Assembly: GCA_036574205.1 (NCBI GenBank)
Contig: JAINCQ010000012.1
Location: forward strand, 7,125-71,124
Direction: 5' to 3'
From: Elusimicrobiota bacterium
GTDB lineage: Bacteria; Elusimicrobiota; Elusimicrobia; Elusimicrobiales; UBA9959
Length of the DNA stretch: 64,000 nt
Part shown: one piece after another, positions 20,401 to 28,450 of the stretch
Layout of the letters: each line of letters opens with the position of its first letter
Position numbering within the stretch: position 1 is the stretch's first letter
Notes under the pieces: model-generated
What the model saw: only the letters and a program-made list of their open reading frames with translations
Database searches by the model: none
Told to the model about the DNA's origin: nothing
Translations under genes and position numbers: made by a program

Positions 20401-20652
20401 AAATTTTCTTCCATTTTTATAATAAGCGGTATATTTTCTGTAAATTCCCTCTTCTTTACCATAAACAATAGTAAATCCCTTCCAATCTATATTAAAATCT
20501 TTATTAAGATAAAAATCAACTTTATCAAGTTTCCTATCAAATTTTAATTCTACATTAACATTTAAAAAACTTTCTTGAGGATTTATATCTGCTTTAATAT
20601 CATAAAAAACCTTAGAGTTTAAAAAAAGTGAAAAAATAAGAAAATAAAACAT
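17500..20652 (-). CDS. Secreted multidomain peptidase: M1 gluzincin + M28 + PDZ
   Basis: PHEILHNWWGN...WCEGLTAY (HExxH-x18-E); AHYDHL, GANDNASG, SGEE, NLD.IG, SD, YHTPKD; C-terminal LGFMPDF...GV...GDII PDZ. Confidence 0.88.
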   Translation of the reverse strand: MFYFLIFSLFLNSKVFYDIKADINPQESFLNVNVELKFDRKLDKVDFYLNKDFNIDWKGFTIVYGKEEGIYRKYTAYYKNGRKFDRLSFNYSGIINYPIKSVSEEYQRSFRETEGIISLDGCYLTKQSYWYPVMEKKEAFGFSIKVSIEKDYKVVLAGKRIEEKIENDKNISLWKSSLKNLDIPLVCGKFIEYNKKDDIDLYVFLRNEDKTLADKYLDYALKYIKMYSSLIGKYPYEKFAVVENFWETGYAFPSFTLIGPTVIRFPFIFITSYPHEILHNWWGNGVFVDYKKGNWCEGLTAYMADYAIQEQKGKDLDYRISVIKKYNDSVLDNNDFPLSQFIERHSGLSESIGYGKALMFFHMLRKKLGDEVFIRSLRNFYRKNLFKEASWDDIRVEFEKEGKVDLKEAFDRYVNQKGLESISISSAELKETSTGYLLSFVLSQTGNFFMDIPVFLIYKDYSYEILNFDLKGFDSKKIDVFLSSRPRALGIDLMYDMPRKLNNRELPSTLSRVNGAMKVSFLLDDEYSGFLKPYQYKDYKILRKEDLDLSKINTDLWIVGKETGILNEVLKENDYNIRIDSSGIWIDNIKYEFDKNSFVFSFLNPENPDYTVNFFFPRDKISSELISFKIPHYSKYSYLVFDSENNNILSGVWKLKSSPNIFLFDEFDYSNLKLTSSPLVVNAEYSINKFKLKKDVYFLSKKLKTRHPGSNEIEKAANYIEKRLKKNHFLPFFGGSYKQEFEVDFNGKKYKTKNICGYLKGKSDLYIFLTAHYDHLFPKDNSFFPGANDNASGVSVLLGLSDLLSKVKSQKNNLAFCFFSGEEEQRSGSKYFLESLSKDIISKILANVNLDTIGKINKEIYILNSNSSSKWQSIIKNASLATMINYKISTLPLDSSDQMSFIEKQIPAIQIFDGGDPDYHTPKDVYENINFDGLLVAGDFVLSLIDEISKYPRLDFLDIKIQKPIKKRKISLGFMPDFGYSGKGVRIARLSENSLLLNTEIKEGDIITKLNDIEIDNLITYNNALSEIEGDVYIEYISGNQTKKVKIAVK

Positions 20653-20745
20653 AAATCCTCTCCCTATAAAAACTAATTTAAAGCAATAAATTATATAATT
20701 ATATTATACACTATTCGCTAAAGCTTTTTTTTAAAAGGAGAAGTT

Positions 20746-21963
20746 ATGAATAAAACAGCGATATTAATAGTAATAGACGCAGTTGGGATAGACACATTAA
20801 AATTTTTAATAGAAAATTATCCAGGTAAAATAAAAATTCCCAATCTTTTAGATCTTGGACTTTCAACCCTTATAGAAAATACTTACAGCAGAAATAAAAA
20901 GAATAGTAAAAAAGGAAAATTGATTCAAATAGATCAGATATCAACCACCGCAGATAGCCTCATAGGTCATAGAGAAATGGTCGGGGTTATAGACAGAAAT
21001 TCATATAATCTCTTTCCAGATGGCTTTCCGAAAGATTACCTTTTAAAACTTGAAAAAGCTGTAGGTAGAAAAACTTTTTTCAATAAAATGGCTGGTGGTA
21101 TGGAAGCAATAGAATTAAACTATAAACACCATGAAAAAACAGGTGATCTCATAATATATGCAAGCAAATGCGATCCATTAATACAAATAGCAATGAATGA
21201 AGAAATAATCCCGCTAAAAGAGCAAAAATATATAGCTGATACAGCTTTTAAACTTGCAATTGAGCAAAAATTGGGAATTACCAGGGCAATTGCAAGAAGT
21301 TATATAAGACGAAATAACGAGATAATAAGAACAGCTAATAGATACGATGCTGTTTTACCATTATCAGGAAAAACTCTTATAGATATAATGAATGAAAATT
21401 TTGTCTGGACAATTGCTGTAGGAAAAACCAGTGATTTAGTAAATACAAATTATTATGAAAAAATAAAAATAACAAACAAAGCACTCATAGATCCATCATT
21501 AAATATAAAATTTGTCCATCCAGCCCATAAAGATACAAATCCTTTTAATATGCAAGGAATTATAAATGCTTTCAAATCATCAAAAATAATTTATAGACCT
21601 AATGGTAGTTTTATTTTTGCAAACCTTGTTGATACTGATAGTCTTTATGGACATACCAGGGATATTAAAGGCGCGGTTTGTGCTATTGAAGAAATAGATC
21701 GTTTTATAGGTAAATTTATTAAAATGATAACAAAAGATGACCTTCTCATAATAACTGCCGATCATGGTATGCAACACCGTCAGGATTATGGATATCATAA
21801 CAAGGAAAAGCTTTTTGCAATTCTATATCCTGAATTAAAAAACATTAAAACACAAGTTATGCCAGGGTTATGTGATATAGGGAATATATTGGCGCAGTTT
21901 TTTGAACTTGAAAAACCTTACAGCAAATTAGTTAAGGATCAATTAGAAAAATTAAATTTGTAA
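20746..21963 (+). CDS. deoB: Phosphopentomutase (DeoB)-like, divergent
   Basis: IDAVGI, PNL..LGL, DSLIGHREM, FP.GFP, RAIAR, RTANR.D, NLVD.D.LYGH.RD, TADHG. Confidence 0.8.
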   Translation: MNKTAILIVIDAVGIDTLKFLIENYPGKIKIPNLLDLGLSTLIENTYSRNKKNSKKGKLIQIDQISTTADSLIGHREMVGVIDRNSYNLFPDGFPKDYLLKLEKAVGRKTFFNKMAGGMEAIELNYKHHEKTGDLIIYASKCDPLIQIAMNEEIIPLKEQKYIADTAFKLAIEQKLGITRAIARSYIRRNNEIIRTANRYDAVLPLSGKTLIDIMNENFVWTIAVGKTSDLVNTNYYEKIKITNKALIDPSLNIKFVHPAHKDTNPFNMQGIINAFKSSKIIYRPNGSFIFANLVDTDSLYGHTRDIKGAVCAIEEIDRFIGKFIKMITKDDLLIITADHGMQHRQDYGYHNKEKLFAILYPELKNIKTQVMPGLCDIGNILAQFFELEKPYSKLVKDQLEKLNL

Positions 21964-22008
21964 TAATTATTTAATTAATGTTTAACATAATAATTTTATA
22001 ATTTAATT

Positions 22009-23142
22009 ATGAGAAAGTTGTGTGTTTTAATAATTTTTATTGTTTTACCTTTAAATTTTTTATTATCAAAAACAAAAAAAGACAAAACCAATGAGAAAGT
22101 CTCAACTCAAACAGTAAAAACAGAAATTTCTATTGCTAAAAAAGCGCTTGAAGTAATAGTTTTAAACTTAAAAAACTCAGATTCAGATATTAAGGCATAT
22201 GCTATAGAAGCTCTTTCAAGGACTAATAATTCCAGGCTCATACCAATAATACAAAAATATCTCAATGATACAAGCAAATATGTAATAATATCTACAGTTA
22301 AATCGTTGTGGAACTTAGGAGATATAAAATCCATAACTAAAATATATGATATAATATCCGAGGTTCCGGCATCAGATAACTCTAAAAACGATCCTCTGAC
22401 CCAGTTAAAAATAATATCCCAAAACAAAATAAGAGAAAAAGCTATTGAAACTCTTGTTGATCTTTATGGAATAAAAGCAAATAAGATTCTTATTGAATTA
22501 AAAAATAACGACAATTATTCCCAGATAAGGGATGCAGCTTCAAGAGAGCTTGCTAAAATAGGATATAAGAATGAACTGGAAAATTTTTATACAGCCCTTA
22601 ATTCTTCAGATGAAGAGATAAGAAACCAGGCTGCAGAAAATTTAATCCGCATATGCCCGACAGAATCTAACAAGATTATTTCAGCCATTAAAAAAGAAAA
22701 ATCAATAAGGGTTAAGATACTATTGCTTGAGTCGCTTAAATGTGCGGTTCTTTCTAAAAAGGACGAAGAAGAAATATTAAAATATACAAATGACGATAAT
22801 CAAACTATAAGATATAAATCAATAAAAGCTCTTTTAAACTCTCAAAATCCCAAAATTATAGAAGAATTAAAAAAAATATATACTGATACTCCTGATATAA
22901 TTACTAAACTAACAATCTTAAAAAAACTCTTACAAAACCAGAAGATAGAAGTTACTGAATCAGATGTAGCTTATTTCAATTCACTTGATAACTCTGAAGT
23001 TAAGAGGAAGTTTATAGAAATAGCTGAATATATTCCATCTCTTTCAGGAAAATACTTATTGAGTTATTTAGAAGACAAAGACCCATATGTTCAGATAGAT
23101 GCAGCTGTAAAGATTATAGAAATGGAGAAGAAAAATGATTAA
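22009..23142 (+). CDS. Exported HEAT-repeat protein
   Basis: Signal peptide; repeated L.D.D..IR..A...L units. Confidence 0.8.
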   Translation: MRKLCVLIIFIVLPLNFLLSKTKKDKTNEKVSTQTVKTEISIAKKALEVIVLNLKNSDSDIKAYAIEALSRTNNSRLIPIIQKYLNDTSKYVIISTVKSLWNLGDIKSITKIYDIISEVPASDNSKNDPLTQLKIISQNKIREKAIETLVDLYGIKANKILIELKNNDNYSQIRDAASRELAKIGYKNELENFYTALNSSDEEIRNQAAENLIRICPTESNKIISAIKKEKSIRVKILLLESLKCAVLSKKDEEEILKYTNDDNQTIRYKSIKALLNSQNPKIIEELKKIYTDTPDIITKLTILKKLLQNQKIEVTESDVAYFNSLDNSEVKRKFIEIAEYIPSLSGKYLLSYLEDKDPYVQIDAAVKIIEMEKKND

Positions 23143-26100
23143 AACCAGTTTATTACTATTATTTATTCTTTCAAATTTAAACGCAAAATCCTTCAAGGAA
23201 TTTAGAACCAATAAGATTTCCCCCTTAGCTGATACAATAATAGAGATAGAAACCCAAAAGACAAAAAAAACACATTCAGCTATATCAACAATGGCTTTTA
23301 AAAAAAATTTTTTTAAAACCTTTAACAATAACAATTCAAGTTCAAAAAAATGGAAAATAAAATTTAATTCCTATGGTATTCCAAAGCTTTTAAGCGGAGA
23401 TAAAACGAAGAAAAAATACTATGGAAATATAGAACAAATATTTGAAACATTTGTTTTAGAAAATAAGGATATGCTTGGAATTGAAATGAAAAATTTAAGA
23501 TTAGTGACAAAATCAGAATTTTTAGGTACAAAACATATATATTATCAGCAATATTATAAGCATTTACCTGTTGAATTTTCATATGTAAAACTCCATATTA
23601 CTCAAGACAATGAAGTCAGTCAGTATAATGCAAAATATTATCCAGATATAAATATTGATATAAACCCGAATGTCTCTATTGAACAGGCAAAATCAATAAT
23701 AGCCCAGGAACTCGGGTTTTTCAGCATATCCACATATTCTCTGGTAATTTTCCCAGATGAATTAAATAATTCTTATTATTTAAGCTGGAAAATAAAAACT
23801 GAAGGAGGAAGCGGAAATTTAAATGGAAAATGGATTTATTATATAAATGCAAAAGAACCAAAAATAATATTTAAATATGATGAAAGACAATATTCATGTA
23901 CTCTTCAGGAAGAAACCTCAGGATATGTTATGGGAGAGGTGTATGAAATCTCACCAGCTCCAACAGACCAAGAAAATGGACCTGACTCCTGGGTTCCCAA
24001 AATAACAACTCCAATAGCAAATCAATATGTTTTTGCTGGAAGCACTTCTGTTTCCACAACAACAAAAGAAAATGGGGAATATTGTATAGACTATGATACC
24101 TCAAACAATGGCGCAAAAGTTTTTATGACTCTTATGGGTCCTTATTTTTCAGTTATGAATTTCAATGGGAAACCATCAATATTTACCAATGGAAATATAA
24201 CATGGAAAACGGCTTCCCCTTCTCTAAATATCTCATCTTATAATAATGATTCTGAAACCTTATACTCAATATCTCCAAATCTAACAATAAATTCTGGGGA
24301 ATCGCTGGCGTTTGTCGGTCCTATGTTTTCAAGCTTTAATATAGGAGAAGTTGACAACTGTGGCAGTGGAATTGATAATGATATGGTATATGTGATGGAC
24401 TCAAATAAAAATTCTGTGGCTATATGGTTTGGAAAAAACAAAAGCAATCTTTTTGGTGGGCTTGTCCCTGATAATAAATATATTATAAAAATAAAGTCAG
24501 ACTCATCAGGCACAGGCAGTTTCAATATAATCAATTCAAGCTATATGGTAATTACTAATTATCAGGGTAAAAATTATGCCACAGGTTCTGTAATTTGGTC
24601 AACAGCTAATTACCTTACGGATCCAGATGGATCTTCAATAAATACATTTTATCATTTAAATAAAATAAGAAATTTTATGATGAAATTTAATTCAAAATGT
24701 GGTGGAACTGGCTGTATAAATTTAGACAAAAAAGTTCCTGTAATGATTGATGTTTATGGCGATAAATTAACACCTGACTGCCCTCAAGAAAATACAATGC
24801 TTAATGCTTTTTATGATTTAGATCATGATGCAATATTTATGGGAAAAGGGATAAATATGGGTTCTTACTATAAGAATTTTGGACTTGATGGGACGGTTAT
24901 AAGGCATGAATATGGACATCTTGTTATGAATAGAATATATCCAATAATTTATTTTGGTGAGTTTGGCGCAATAACTGAAGCTATAGCTGATTATTTTTCA
25001 ATCTCATCTTTCTGGGATGAAGGTAAAACAATAACTGTGCTTGGCAATTTTATTGGAATAGGTGAAGGCGCAAGAAGAGATTTGAAACAATTATCAGATT
25101 ATCCTAAAAGAATGCCACAAGACTGGGTAGGAGAAGTGCATGAGGATGGAGAAATACTTTCTGGAGCTTTATATAAAATAAGAAAAGATTCCTCTTATTC
25201 TCTTGGGATTTTCTCATCTGGATCATATGCTGGACTTAATAAAGCTGATTTATATATATTTGGCGCTTTATTTTATTTTCCAGATAATTTTGAAAATTTT
25301 AGAGAAGCGGTTATTGATATATGTAAAAGAATAGAAGGAACAAGTTGTGAAAAATCTAAAATAGAAGATGCCTTTAATGCTCATGGAATAGGAGCTCAAT
25401 CTGTTGTAGACCTATATGAGCCAAACAATGGTCCTGAATATGCAACAAACATATCTACTTTTTCAACCGTTTACGGTTATATAGATTATCAGGGAGATGA
25501 AGATTATTACGCAATCCCTTTGGGAGAAGGAATTTTCCAGGCAAGGCTTTATCTACCAGAAGGCTATTCAAGCGGTTCGGGTTTTTATCACGCATATAAT
25601 ATGTTTCTTTTTGACAGTTACAGAAACTATATAACCGGTGCTTCTCCTAATATAGTTCCTTCTTTATGCTATAATAAAGATTCTCCTGTTCCCAATAGTT
25701 GTTATACAAAAGACTCATATATAGACCTTTATTATACAGTTTCAAAACCTCAAGTTTATTATTTAGCTATAACCGCTGGGATAAATAGTAACTATGGGAA
25801 TGGAATAGACTTTAACAATACAACTCCATATATTCTAACTTATTCAGCAAATTCAAAATCCATTGTTTCAGCTCAAATAAAAACAAGAAAAGTAGATGAA
25901 GATGAAATAGAATTTACCGCTACAGTCCCAAAGTTTGAATATTTGGAAGATTTAACTCATCTCACTTGGACAGAAGGTCAGGAGTTTGAATTCTGTGAAT
26001 ATGATTGTATAAAAATATTGGACAATAATCTTAATGAACTTTCAACAAATTATATTTCCATTTCATATGCTTTGGGAGAAACTTCCTATAACACTATTGA

Positions 26101-26563
26101 TAGTCTTGGCAATCCAGTAATTAAAGGGAAAATAACATTCCAGCAATATAACGGAAAAACATTTTCACAAAGATATCCTGGAGCTGGAACGATATATATA
26201 AAAATTTACGTAAAAAACCACATGTTTGATGTTAAAAATACTTATATACCTCTTGGACTGTCAAACCCGATCTATCTAACCGCAAATGAAGATAAATTTG
26301 TTACATATAATAACATAATAGACAAGAACAACTCAAGTATGACAATAAAATATGAAGCAAAAAGCTTATCTAATGTAAACATATCCGTCTACACTGCAAC
26401 CGGAAAATTTGTAAAAAAAATATACAGTGGACCAATATACGGCAAGGTAAGCTTTAACTGGGATGGAACGGATGAAAGTGGGAATAAACTGGCAAGCGGG
26501 ATATATTACATAAAAACAACTGGCGGAATAAATAAAGTGGAAAAAGTTGGTATAGCAAGGTAA
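23135..26563 (+). CDS. Secreted M4/M36-like zinc metalloprotease with FTP/PepSY propeptide, CUB-like insert, PPC domain and FlgD-Ig/T9SS-like CTD
   Basis: H..YQQYY..LPV propeptide; NAFYD, HEYGH, GAITEAIADYF, GEVH..GEI; DLYEPNN and D.DYY; C-terminal VYTATGKFVK...WDGTDESGNKLASGIYY. Confidence 0.85.
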   Translation: MIKTSLLLLFILSNLNAKSFKEFRTNKISPLADTIIEIETQKTKKTHSAISTMAFKKNFFKTFNNNNSSSKKWKIKFNSYGIPKLLSGDKTKKKYYGNIEQIFETFVLENKDMLGIEMKNLRLVTKSEFLGTKHIYYQQYYKHLPVEFSYVKLHITQDNEVSQYNAKYYPDINIDINPNVSIEQAKSIIAQELGFFSISTYSLVIFPDELNNSYYLSWKIKTEGGSGNLNGKWIYYINAKEPKIIFKYDERQYSCTLQEETSGYVMGEVYEISPAPTDQENGPDSWVPKITTPIANQYVFAGSTSVSTTTKENGEYCIDYDTSNNGAKVFMTLMGPYFSVMNFNGKPSIFTNGNITWKTASPSLNISSYNNDSETLYSISPNLTINSGESLAFVGPMFSSFNIGEVDNCGSGIDNDMVYVMDSNKNSVAIWFGKNKSNLFGGLVPDNKYIIKIKSDSSGTGSFNIINSSYMVITNYQGKNYATGSVIWSTANYLTDPDGSSINTFYHLNKIRNFMMKFNSKCGGTGCINLDKKVPVMIDVYGDKLTPDCPQENTMLNAFYDLDHDAIFMGKGINMGSYYKNFGLDGTVIRHEYGHLVMNRIYPIIYFGEFGAITEAIADYFSISSFWDEGKTITVLGNFIGIGEGARRDLKQLSDYPKRMPQDWVGEVHEDGEILSGALYKIRKDSSYSLGIFSSGSYAGLNKADLYIFGALFYFPDNFENFREAVIDICKRIEGTSCEKSKIEDAFNAHGIGAQSVVDLYEPNNGPEYATNISTFSTVYGYIDYQGDEDYYAIPLGEGIFQARLYLPEGYSSGSGFYHAYNMFLFDSYRNYITGASPNIVPSLCYNKDSPVPNSCYTKDSYIDLYYTVSKPQVYYLAITAGINSNYGNGIDFNNTTPYILTYSANSKSIVSAQIKTRKVDEDEIEFTATVPKFEYLEDLTHLTWTEGQEFEFCEYDCIKILDNNLNELSTNYISISYALGETSYNTIDSLGNPVIKGKITFQQYNGKTFSQRYPGAGTIYIKIYVKNHMFDVKNTYIPLGLSNPIYLTANEDKFVTYNNIIDKNNSSMTIKYEAKSLSNVNISVYTATGKFVKKIYSGPIYGKVSFNWDGTDESGNKLASGIYYIKTTGGINKVEKVGIAR

Positions 26564-26584
26564 AATGTATAAAAAAGGAAAAAG

Positions 26585-27697
26585 ATGGAATTAATAAAAA
26601 ATAAAAAGATTAAAACAGTTTTTAAAATAATAACTATAATAATTATTTTATCCAAAAATTTATATTCAAATTCTGCTATTGATGTGCTAAAAAACGATGT
26701 AAGCGCATCAGTTCTTGCAATGGCTGGATCAAATGCCGCATTAAACCTTGATATTTTTTCTGTAAACTATAATCCTGCAACATTGGGAGAGATAAAAAGC
26801 TATCAAACTGCAATCTCTTATTCAAATGGATTTGAGGATGCGACCTATTCTTATGCCGCACTTGGCATGCCTTTTCCAACAAATATAATATCAAATATAT
26901 CAAAACCATATATAGCAATGTCAATATATATGACCAGCCTTGGAGATTTTATTGACAGAAGAATAAATCCCGATGGAACAATTTCAGAGAAAAAAATAAA
27001 TGCTGAGAAAAACACAATTGTCTCGTTTTCATATGCAGAAAAAATAACGAAGGAAACAGTTATAATCTCCCCCACTATAAAATCAAAATTTGAAAGCAAT
27101 ATTGGTATAGGTGTTAAATTTATAGATTCAAAACTTCTTGATAAATATTCCGCAAATACAGTCGCGGTGGACGCGGGATATTATGGAAACTTTGTTGATA
27201 TCGGATTTGATTTTGGGATATCTGTCTCAAATGCTATTGGAAGCATAAAATATATAGAGGAAAAATATAATCTCCCGACTATTTTGAGAGTTGCTGCTTC
27301 ATACTCAAAACCCACTATAATGGACCAGAGGACTAAAATATCCTGTGAATTTGATAGATACATAAACGATAAACAAAATTCTCTAAGAATTGGTCTTGAA
27401 TATACATTTGAAAAAATAATGAGTATAAGAACGGGATATAGATTTTTAGAAGATAATAAGGGATTATCAATAGGGGTTGGGCTTTTTGCAGGAGGATTTT
27501 CTATAGATATTGCTACAGTTTTTTATGATGTTTACAAATACAGTTCTGTCTCAATAAAATTTAAATTTGGAAAACAAGTTGAAGAAGAAAAACAATCAAA
27601 AGAATTAAAAAAATTTATAGAAAAAGAGGAAAAAAAGACAGACAGACCATCCAGACCAAAAACATCTCCATTAAAAAACCAGATAATAGTATTCTAA
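26585..27697 (+). CDS. PorV/PorQ-family outer-membrane beta-barrel protein
   Basis: L...VSA..LAMAG.....D..SV.YNPA.LG N-terminal signature; AVDAG, G.SV.N, LP..LR, GLEY, R.GY, GLS.GVG. Confidence 0.82.
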   Translation: MELIKNKKIKTVFKIITIIIILSKNLYSNSAIDVLKNDVSASVLAMAGSNAALNLDIFSVNYNPATLGEIKSYQTAISYSNGFEDATYSYAALGMPFPTNIISNISKPYIAMSIYMTSLGDFIDRRINPDGTISEKKINAEKNTIVSFSYAEKITKETVIISPTIKSKFESNIGIGVKFIDSKLLDKYSANTVAVDAGYYGNFVDIGFDFGISVSNAIGSIKYIEEKYNLPTILRVAASYSKPTIMDQRTKISCEFDRYINDKQNSLRIGLEYTFEKIMSIRTGYRFLEDNKGLSIGVGLFAGGFSIDIATVFYDVYKYSSVSIKFKFGKQVEEEKQSKELKKFIEKEEKKTDRPSRPKTSPLKNQIIVF

Positions 27698-27726
27698 GTT
27701 AAGTTTTTATAATCAAAAATTAATCT

Positions 27727-27777
27727 CCTCACCCATTTATTTTCCTCTCCCTTGGATGGGAGAGGATTAAGGTGAGG
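27727..27777. repeat. GC-rich nested palindrome (REP-like) between convergent genes; possible bidirectional terminator
   Basis: Inner tcctctccc (27743-27751) / gggagagga (27758-27766); outer cctcacc (27727-27733) / ggtgagg (27771-27777). Confidence 0.7.
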
Positions 27778-27933
27778 GTGAAAAAAGGAGAGGGAATATA
27801 TTAAAATGGGAAGAGGGCAAATATAAACATATGAAAGCAGTTAAACCGTCTAAGGAAGGTAATGTTGTGGTTAAACTGTGGATATTAATTTTTTAGTTTT
27901 GGTTTTATCAGATGAAAAGTTTTAAAAAACAAA

Positions 27934-28431
27934 TTATTTTTTATCGCTTATCTCTTCAAATTCTCCCTTTTTGAGATTTTTCCTCACATTATACCAGTTA
28001 AAGTATCTTCCATTCATTGCGATATAAACTCCGGGAGGAAGGACCTGAGCAAATGAGATTGCGCTTCCTAAATTGAACATTCCATCAGATGAACCAAATT
28101 TATAAGGAATCATAGCTCCGGTAAGAACTACCGTTTTGTTTTTTATTTTTCTGCCCAAAACCCTGGCTGTCTCAGCCATAGTATCAGTTCCATGAGTTAT
28201 AACAATATTTTTTTCTTTTGATTTTAAACATTCTTTAAGAATTTTAATTCTATGATCATTTTTCATAAAAAGGCTGTCTATCATCATAAGCTTTTTTACT
28301 TTATATTTAACCCTGCACCTTCCAAGTTCAAGCATTTCATTTATATGAGTATCCCTAAAAAAAAGCTCTCCTTTTATCTCATTATATTCTTTATCAAAAG
28401 TTCCACCTGTAACTATTATCTTGATAGTCAT
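27934..28431 (-). CDS. Asparaginase-domain protein (N-terminal domain only, 165 aa)
   Basis: TGGTFDK, THGTDTM, VLTGAM.P, SDG.FNLG; ATG 28431 behind a purine-rich SD-like stretch. Confidence 0.88.
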   Translation of the reverse strand: MTIKIIVTGGTFDKEYNEIKGELFFRDTHINEMLELGRCRVKYKVKKLMMIDSLFMKNDHRIKILKECLKSKEKNIVITHGTDTMAETARVLGRKIKNKTVVLTGAMIPYKFGSSDGMFNLGSAISFAQVLPPGVYIAMNGRYFNWYNVRKNLKKGEFEEISDKK

Positions 28432-28450
28432 CTCCTTCCCCTCAAAAACC

